DNA of 43,949 nt from Catajapyx aquilonaris (lineage: Eukaryota), in contig JYFJ02003282.1 in NCBI GenBank assembly GCA_000934665.2, positions 1-43,949 on the forward strand. The letters are read 5' to 3'. Position 1 is the first letter of the stretch; each line of letters starts with the position of its first letter. Position numbers and translations under genes: made by a program. Shown piece by piece: positions 32,701 to 42,896 of the stretch. Under the pieces are notes generated by a model that was given only the letters and a program-made list of their open reading frames with translations, was not told the origin of the DNA and searched no databases.

Positions 32701-35700
32701 AATATCTTCCCTACAATAACACTAACAATTAAGTCATAACTGTGAAGAATTTTACATTCATATCTGAAGCCTACTTTACCAGTGGCTTTCTTGTCGTGTA
32801 AGTCACACATTCCTTTATATATTTATATAACTCAAATGAAATGTGCAACTGTTAAAATCAAAACATTAATTAACACGTAGATACAAAGTGCATATTTAGG
32901 TCTAAACACCCTTTCCTTAAATGCTACGTTTGTGGTTTAAAAATTTAAAAGTTAGGCATAAACTGAGTGTCATGTCGTGTAAGTCACGCGTGGAATTAGC
33001 CAGAGATGACCTTTGCTGAGTTCTGACGCTCCGGAGAGTACAATTTGATCTGGCATATAGATGTTGCCCATATCGCGAGGGAGGCAGGGAAACAAAAGGG
33101 GATCATGACCCCACCATCTCCCTAAGAGGCCCGAGCCTGACGCGCTTGGAGCGGTTGGCGCTAGGCGAGCGGACTGTTTTGGTGATAGATGGCTCTCGGA
33201 TAGTAACCAACGATGCGATGTGCCATAACGTGGCAACAACAGAGCCATCTAGCAACTAAAGTCCGCCTCCTAAGAGACGCGCGGAGAGTAAACATCGGTT
33301 CTCTTGTTGCCAGGTTATGGCGTATTGCGTCGTTGTAAGCAAAAAACGCCGTAACCTGGCAACAACTGCGCGCCATCTATCAACAAAACAGTCCGCTCGC
33401 CTAGCCCCTCTCGCCTGAAGCGTCTGAGCGCACCTGTTCCTTGTTTATGAACCCACTCTAGATGGCATTTCCAGACACGGGTTCCTGTATCAAAAATACT
33501 TGTATTGGTCCCCTCTATTACCCCTACAAGTTTGTCCCCCGAATTCATTTACACCCTGTATATGCCAGATCAAATTGTAATCACCGAATCTTCAAAACTC
33601 AGAAAAGGTCATCTCTGTATGTGTTACCGTTTTTTAATTAAAAAATACGCTACATGACTTAATGAAACAACGCACGTACAGTATAAGGGGATGGCATCCC
33701 TGTGCGGTCCTCGGCCATTTTCCCAGCCCCTGACCTTCCTACCTGTCAATCTGCATAGGCCGCTTCATCCTCAGCTCCATCCGCCACAGTTCAATCCCAG
33801 GGGCTTCTCGGAGGATAGTGAGGGGCCCAGCCCCCTGACATTTCTATTCCAGGCCAATAGAAAAAGCTGTGCCGTTATCTCTTCCCGCGTTGGCAGTAGT
33901 ATATCTGCAATGGAATCGAGCTGTGTAACTCGCTGCATCATAGCTACAGCGACCCTGACGGTACAGCTCTTCATTAACACCTTGAGCAAGGTGTTATGCA
34001 TAGTTGTAATGTCAGGGTCACTGTCGCTATGATGCAGCGAGTTTAATACCCAGCTGGATTCCATTGCAGATATACTAGGGCCACTTCGGGAAGAGATAAT
34101 TGCAAGATGGCGACGAGTGTCCTGACCTATTCTTTTTAGACAGTGGTGAGGCCTATGCTGATTGACAGATTCTGAGGCATGTGCAAGGTCATGCCCAGAG
34201 ATGCCTACAAGAAGCCCTGTTACACGTGTGGATTCCTAGTGTCATGTTGAACGACAAGGACAAAGTTCTTAGCCACTGCAAGTCTCACATATCACTCTTA
34301 TGGAAGGGAAAGATAAAGGAACTATTTCTAATGTCATATCTGCATGAGCTTATCCCAGCTTTCTGCTTTTGCATATTGTGTCTTGCCTCAGTGGGTGCCA
34401 CACATTACTGGTTCAAAAGCATTGAAGGAAACCAGAAGTATTACCCCATCTTTTCTCTCATTATTATCATACAGGCCTACTGAAGGTACCAGGATGATGA
34501 TTTTGTCATATATTTTTACTTAAAGTGGCATTTACATGTGAGCGATAACAACGCTGCGTAACTCGAGTAACCAGTATTGTTTGAGGCGAAAATCGATTGT
34601 TACTTTCACCTCAAACAATGTTGGTTACGTCGCTCGGCTTCGCTTGTCAAATCGCTCGCATGTAAACGCACCTTAAAGCTACAACTGTCAAAATTCCTGT
34701 CAAATAGGCAGAATACCCTTGGAAACTCACTGGCAACAATCTACTGCTATGTATCAAGTACTTCCTTTTATGATATTGCACCAGTGCAGTGGTCTGATAT
34801 TACTTACCGTATCAGTATATTAGCTGATTCAGTTTGTTAGTTTGTCTCTGTAGAGCAGTGGTTCCCAAACTATGGGCCGCGAGGCTCCTCCAAGTGGGCC
34901 AAGTGGGCGAGCTTTAATATTTTTTTAAAAATTATGAAATAACGATCTTATGAAATGAGGAGCAAGAGCACAGTAAGTAAAAAAAAATACATATATTGTG
35001 TAGCATGATTTTTGCAGCTCTCAATAAGGGAGGTGACTCTCACTCAAAAGATTGGGTCGAGTCTTTTTCGCCCAGCTGTGACACTTGACAAATTCCCTCA
35101 AATACACACCCATTCAAATCTCCCACATTCACCTAGGCTCGTGTGACCTTGAACTCCCCCAAAAAATTTCGCCTGCGGCGGGCTTTCTCTCCCCCCCTAG
35201 GTGGGCCACAAGATATTTTCCCTATCTAATGTGGGCCGCGACCAAAAAAAGTTTGGGAACCACTGCTGTAGAGCAAGTATTATTATTAGCACTGGGGAAT
35301 AGTTCATATTTCATTCACATGTAGGGCTATGTTGACTTAGTGCTGCTAGCCATCATAATATTGAGGCACTCAGAGAAAGAACGGCATATCCCAACCGGAG
35401 TTCATTTCGAGAAAAGTGACTTTTTGTGTTTCACTTTATCATGCAGCTAAAGCTATGGACAAATTTTACAAGTGCAATATGTGAGCTTTGACATGTCCCA
35501 ATTAATTTGGTACTTCAGCACATGAACGGTAGGTGGAAGGAGAGTACAACAGCACTAAAATCTCAAAATTGGAGGTCTGTTGGGATATGCTGTTCTTCCT
35601 CTGAGCGCCTCAATTATTTCTTGAACATAAGTTTAGCTTTGTGGTTGCTCTATTTTAAGCAGAAATTAATGATTCAGTATCTGGTATTGGATGAACCTGT

Positions 35701-38700
35701 TTATTGTCTATTTCCTTCTACAAGGGACGTACTAAAATGATTTACAATTTATTTTTTTGCCACAAATACAAGGCCCTTGCAGGTTGGCAGATAGGCAGAC
35801 ATTATTGATAGAACCCTCCTGGAGAGCAATGCGCTAGCACTACATGTGTGTCAACCTCTCCAGGTCCTCCAGGAACCATGTTTTGGTGGTGCAACACACC
35901 AATACCGGGACAACTGGGCACAGTCATCAACTGTCAACAATGTCCTTGAAATGACATTATCGAAGGTTTTTTTTCTCGTGGATCTGTGTTTCGATGCTCC
36001 CACACCCGCTGTGCTCCCCAGGCCTGGCCCCCAGTAAATTTCAACAATTTAGAGCCATGTAAAATCACCTTCACCTTCACCAATGATATTTCAAGAACAT
36101 TGTTGTCCAAAGCGTGGTTTCTGGAGGGCCTGGATGTTGACACACCTGTGGTGTCAGTGCATTTGGCTCCAGGAGGGATCTGTGGATATAATCGGTGCAT
36201 CTCTGCCAACTGGCAAGGGCCCTGTATTTGTGGCAAAAAAAAGAATTGTAAATCATTTTAGTATGGCCCTCATATTTGCCTCTGCTCTGGACAAGTTGAC
36301 TATTGAAAGATGCAAATCAGTGTGAATATTAAAATATCAAATTGACAGCATCAATAATAATAATAATAATAATAAATAATTAATAATTCATACCCCGTTA
36401 TCAGCCATCGGCTCTTTAGGGGGGAAGTTTGTTTTGTCTGGAACTCTTTGCTTTCATTTTACTGTGCTCATTGGGATAGGATAGGGATGGAAGGAAGCGG
36501 CTGTGGCCTATTAATTACGGAAGCAACTCCGGAATTTCCCTGGAAGGACCGTGGGAAACCACAGAAAACCACGGTCAGAGTTGCCGGTCCCGGGATTCGA
36601 ACCCAGGACCTCCCGATTAGCAGTCGGACGCCTTATCCACTATGCCAACCTGCTTCGGTTTGACAGCATCAATGCAAAGGCTCATGTCTAGTCCTGCTTG
36701 TGTGATGAGACCTGTTCAGCCTGTTGCACCTTTCCTGAACAATGAATGGTGTGAAATTCAATACACCATAAAATCCTTATCAAACCACCCTTGACCTATC
36801 AGCATGGCTTGACTGGATGACAGTTATTTTAGGAGTGGACTTGCCATCTCATCTGTTTACATCTGACATCTGAATTCAGGGTTAGAGGCAACCTTGTGAA
36901 ACTATTTTTATGGCTGGCCGAGGTGGCAGCTCAGTCCTGCGCAAACGAGGAAATTTGGGAGCAACTTGTTGCCTGTCCACCCACCCAGGACGGCACAGCA
37001 CATGGGCTCTCTTGGGGCAATCTGGGCATGCAGATTTCTCACACGCTAGAAATTTAGGCTTGCTGGGCTTGGCTGGCTGGGCCACAACACTTGTCCGCTC
37101 TAGTGGGCAACATGAATACTGGGATTATGTATGCCAGTTGCCTTCCCCCCACGTTTCCTTGTTTGTACCGGGCCTTAGGTGACTGGCTTTGTGTCAGGGA
37201 TTTCTGAAAGGCACAATATTTATTTATTCTGGCCTGCTGAATGTGCAGTGTGGAGGTGAAACACCCTGTCACATGCTAATGGAATAGATACAGTAAGGAA
37301 GTAGTTGGTCTGTCCCGCCACCCCCACCCGAGGTACTGGGGCAGTCAGTAAGTAGTGTCACAATTTACATCAGAAAAGCTGCTTTCATATGGGTAAGATG
37401 TTAACAGCAGGAGTTAATTCTTGGATACAAAGCCACTATTAATAGGTTGACCAAGAACTTCTGTTATTGTTACCGAGAGCAACTGGTCCATAGATGTGAG
37501 CTTTTTTTACAGTGCATATTTCCAGGTTCCAGATAATTACAATCATTGCATAAAAATAACTACATGTGACTAAATCTTCTGAAATGACCTAAACTGAAAA
37601 GTTAAACATTGCTGAGTTGCATATTGAAATTACGACCTGAAATTAAATACAGTGTTATGTGCATAGAATACTCTGTTCACTACCATCACTTCTGGCACTC
37701 CTTGGTACTGTCTTCATCATGTCTTCATTCACAAATGCTTTTGCAATGTTGTGAACAAGCCTACTTACTGTGAGGGGGTGATTGCCTAACTTCAACATTT
37801 TTATACGTTTTGCACAAATGCACCTTCCAATTTGTTTGAGTTTGGTGAATGTGTGGACTAGTGCACACACCAAGGAAATTTAGTCATTTTTTGACACTCG
37901 TGAAATTTAATATACAGTAAAACTTCCCTAAGTCGAAGAAAATTATGAGCTTGGTTGGTCACAATGTAAAATAATGGGAAATTTATATTTTTATTTATAT
38001 TTATTTACACCCCATTGGGAGAGTAGGCGCTCCATTAGGGGGGTGGAGTACCACCATTGGATCGGGCCAAGGATAGGAAGGAAGGAAGGAGACGGCTGTC
38101 GCATATTGTATGGAAACAACCCCGGAATTATCCTGGGGGGACCACGGAAATCCACAGAAAACTACGGTCAGGGTTGCCGGGCCCGGGATTCGAACCCAGG
38201 ACCTCCCGATTAGCAGTCGGACTCCTTAACCACCACCCCAACTCGCTTCGGTGATAAAAGGAAATAAACTTTCCTAACTCGAATTTCTATAACTGGGAAG
38301 TTCTCCATAACTTGAAGTGCAGGCAGGGCCTTTCGATGGGATATCAATGCATTTTCAGTCTCCCTAAGTCGAAGTTCATGTTGGTGAGTATGGAAAATTT
38401 TCTCGTTTTCCAGCCGAAGGGTCGAGAGTAGGCCACCTGTACAGAAAGGCTCAATTTCCTGATATGTCTACCAGACGTACTGAAAGAAGTGTTTGACTCG
38501 ATTGTAACAATTGAATCTTTGAATCTAAGAGTAGGCAAATGTCCATAATGGAGATTTTTTTTTACAACAAAGCAATGAGGAACATAATAAGTGTGATAGT
38601 GACAGTTATTTTTAAGTTTTGAACACCTTTCATCACTGGATATACAGGTAGTCTTTAAAAATTCTAAACTGCTCTAACTCGAATCTTCTATAACTCGTAG

Positions 38701-41519
38701 TGTTTTTCAGGTTGCATGGAGATTTGACTTATAGAAGTTTTACTTTGGCAACTTAGGATCTGGAAACGTGTTCTTTCTTCCAATATTAGTTGAAACGGGG
38801 GGAGGTGAAGTGCCGCTGAGGTAACGTACGCGCCCACGGATATTCAGGTTCGATCCCCACCCGGGGTTCCCACCTTTATCCGTGCAGAGTTGGGCCATCT
38901 CTGGCTTCACTTCGGGTGGCAATTTCCGACAGACTAAGCCACCCGGGGGAGCTCACAAAATGACCATTAGAGACATTGCACTTGCACTTTGCACATCCCC
39001 TCCTACCTATCCTGGAGTAATTAAGATCTTATATGGCTCCAATTTCCGATGGTTGTAATCCACCCCCCTAAAGGACATGGTAAATCCCAATGGGGTAATG
39101 CAAAAAAAATAAAAATAAAAATAAAAAAGTTGAAACGGGAATTCAATTGGAACATAATTATGTGAAATAATCACCTAGACTAGGGCAGTGTGCCTTCATC
39201 ATTCTTTATTTTCAATTCCATGTGCATATTGTAGAAATTACTGTGTGACAGGTATTTAATTGATATTAATTTAATTCTACCATGATTGACACGAAATAAC
39301 AAGGCAGAAAATATTACGAAGTGTCTATGTAAATCACAGGATAATGTGTGATTTTTTTGACAGATGACATCGAGTGACAAGGACTTCAGGTTTATGGCCA
39401 CCAATGACCTGATGTCGGAGCTGCAGAAGGACTCGATAAAACTGGATGATGACTCAGAAAGGAAAGTTGTGAAGATGCTTCTGAGATTGCTGGAAGACAA
39501 GAATGGGGAGGTGCAAAATCTTGCTGTCAAGTGGTATGTTTATATATTGAAGTAAGACCAACTTGCTTGAGTCGATCATTGCCAGAATATGATTGTTGCC
39601 TAACAAATTGTAATTTTCCCAACATTTCAAAATAAAGCTGCATGAACTTAACCTGGCAGGAGTTGGAAAAGCTTATGGAGTGATTCAATCTGGAGTGTAT
39701 TCAGAGTATCCGGGTCATTTTTAGTTATCGCAAATTTCAGCCAAGTTATTTTTGTGCAGCTTTTTGTACCTCTATCCAGGTACCCAATTACTCCTAGGTG
39801 TGGTCAATATTGCAGCTGCTATGCAGTACAATAATTGAGCACCTCAATTGGGTTGCAAAAAGCCATAGCTAAAATGACCCAGGTACTTGGACCACACTGT
39901 GTAATTATGACATATGGTTATGTATCAGTGCACCCTATTTGTGTGAATAATACAGATAATATTTTGGGCTGCTCATTTAGTACTGATTGAAGGACAGAAA
40001 TGAAAGAGAGGTTGGAGATAAATAACAGTGATTTGGACCAAGTTGCTTATTGAGCCCTGGTAACATCTGCCCCAGGACACCCCACCCCACCACCATCTAG
40101 TATTTTAGTGGGAGACATCCGCAACATAGGCAACTTTTCTGATACACCCTTTTTATGGTCAGATGCAAACCTTCCAGGACGTATTGTACGAGTACTACAC
40201 GATACATAGCCCATTATCTCAGTTACATAGTCGCACTCGATTCAAGAAATGCAAAAACATGCCCTTGTGTAAAATATATTCTATTAATTTTTGGGATAGA
40301 GTTGGTCTTTCTGGCATGCGGGAGGGTAGCAGTCGGTGGGGGCAGCAGGCTGTGTCTCAAAGGCAAGGATAAAGGCGAGGATAAAGGATAGGAGTGTATC
40401 CGCTGAAGATAGGTCTGTATCCGCAATGAAGGAAGGTTAGGCTTGGTTAGGTTAGGTTGGTACAGCATACCCCTTCCAAAATCCAAAAAATCAATCTTCG
40501 CATCCTTGCCTTTGCGACACAGCCAAGCTGCTCCCAGCCACCAATCACCCTGCCGCCTCCCGCACACCAGTAGGGGTTACTCTTTCCAATTTTTGTGCAG
40601 GTAGATGAGTGTTACTTTTCCCATCGTAGCATGAGCTTGCTGCAGGACAAAAATTTAATGTTGCTAATATATTGTTTACAGCCTGGGGCCCCTCGTAAAC
40701 AAGGTAAAAGAGTACCAGGTGGAAACTGTGGTGGATGCCCTGTGCAACAATATGCTGTCTGAGAAGGAGCAACTGCGTGATATTTCGAGCATTGGCCTGA
40801 AGACTGTCATTTGTGAGCTGCCCCTGGCTTCTGGTCCCCTTGCAGCCAGCGTATGCAAGCGTATCACTGGACGGCTCACCAGTGCCATTGCCAAGGTATG
40901 TAGTTTTCAAAATGGCAGTCCATTCTGAAGGTCTTACCATTGCATTTAAATATTCAGCAGGAGGATGTATCAGTACAGCTGGAAGCACTTGACATTCTGG
41001 GAGACCTCCTGTCACGATTTGGTGGCCTCTTGGTCACTTTCCACTCAACTATCCTGGAGGCCTTGCTGCCCCAGCTGGCCTCACCTCGTCAGGCTGTCCG
41101 AAAAAGGTGTGATTGTGTGATTTTTTCTTAGCTTGTTCATTGACAAGGTTCAGTCCTGATCCTTAAATCATCCGGGCTTTGGATTATGACATTTCTCTAG
41201 GAGCACTTGATGGCTGTGCTGGCTGCTAACAACATGGATCCAGCACTGGGAGGTGATGCGCTGGTGAAAGCTCCTGACAAGCATACAGGGTGTTCCAAAT
41301 TCGTGCGTGGTTTTTTAATAATTGATATCACCTGATATTAATTATATTTTTGTAGCTTGTTGTGCCCCGATCCAGGTTCCTCATTACGTACCCAAGGTGT
41401 CGAATATGGCAGTTGCTATAGAATGGGGCAACTGATTAGGGGCACAAGCTACTTAAATAAACTACTAACTACTACTACTACTGCTACTACTACTGCTGCT
41501 ACTACTACTGCTGCTGCTG

Positions 41520-41575
<56 letters not shown>

Positions 41576-42855
41576 GGGTGATATCAGTTATTTAAAAAAC
41601 AACCGGCAAATTTGGAACACCCTGTATTGACCAGAATAGTGTACATGCAACGTTTATTTTTATGCAGGCATCTGATGTACACACATCTTTAACAAATAGG
41701 CTCCTGCATATGTGCAGGACAAATTTCCCCTGTTCTATGTGACTATCCAATCAGCTTTTTCCAATTGTGACTATACATATGAATGATCTGGGGCTCCTGC
41801 CCACATGCACATTGTGCTTGTAAGGTTGCATTAAGCCAGTCAAATGTAACAAAGTGAAATTTGATGCCATATCTAATATATATAAAGCCCCACGCCGAGG
41901 AGGAGGAGGAGGAGGAGGAGGAGGAGGAGGATATAGGATGGAAAAGATCTCCCACTTCCCGAGGTCGTACAGACCTCGGACTTACACCGTTGTATTCCTT
42001 GCACCCGGTTTCCTATTTTCAAAAATCCTCATAACCGCGAATTTCCCAGCCGTTTTCGAGATCGCCCAATTAAATGTAGACACAAACCCGAGATCGCGAA
42101 ATTAATGTATATCCGCCAACTCCCCCGGTTCCCCGAGAACAATGGACCACCCACTCCCCTCCACCCGCTTGTCACTCAAACCAGGGCCACCTGCTCAAAC
42201 CCACAGTTCAAACCAACCCGTTGGAATGATACGTCACAGATGGTCCCACCTGTCCTCCCAAGCGCTGTTTTGAACGATACGTCAGAGAGGGCACGTTCGG
42301 AAACACCTCGTCGCTACCGGTGACGTCACTGATTTCTGTAACCGGATGAATTAGGCGGAATACGGGCACGCGCCGGAGGCGCGCAGGTGGGGCGCAGCCC
42401 CACGGGGGGGTCCGAGGGGGCGGAGCCCCACCGGCTCGCAATGCGAGTTTCTTTATATCTTAGTGAAAAAATTATGCAATGCAAGTGTCAGCTTGAAAAA
42501 TGAAATGTGCAGTTTTCCAGATTTGCATTTCTACAGTATTGTCAGCGAATGAATGCCATGACGTCACACGAAAACACTACTGTGCAGTAATTTTTGGCAC
42601 TAGGGAGGATTCGAAGGGGTGACTATATCTCTAACAATGAGTGACCTCCACTCACAACCAAAGAGTTCTGCTATAATATATACAGGGTGAAGGGAAACTC
42701 GTGGACAATCGCCGGGTAAACTTATAGTGCCCGCAAAACTAATATAGGGATGTGCAATTAGTTTTTGTCTCCGTTGCATTGCGTATGCCGCCCTTAAAGT
42801 GTAGAGGGCCGGATAGTGGGATATATTTGAGGCAAAAACAACAAAGTGCATGGGT

Positions 42856-42896
<41 letters not shown>

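Noticed and set aside
31461..32987. Repeated TGTCGTGTAAGTCAC as a CRISPR-like array
   Set aside because: 15 bp, irregular spacing, inside a TIR element in a eukaryotic intron, no cas genes.
36590..36659. tRNA genes (also near 7640-7702, 38180-38252, 38800-38860, 43170-43233)
   Set aside because: A/B boxes are heads of SINEs with bodies, tails and TSDs; no complete cloverleaf.
40434..40460. TTAGG repeats as an interstitial telomere
   Set aside because: Only about four imperfect units; such motifs are common inside insect repeats.
41357..41581. Poly-Thr ORF (and poly-Ile 42600-42932, poly-Gly/Ser near 41900)
   Set aside because: Translations of microsatellites.
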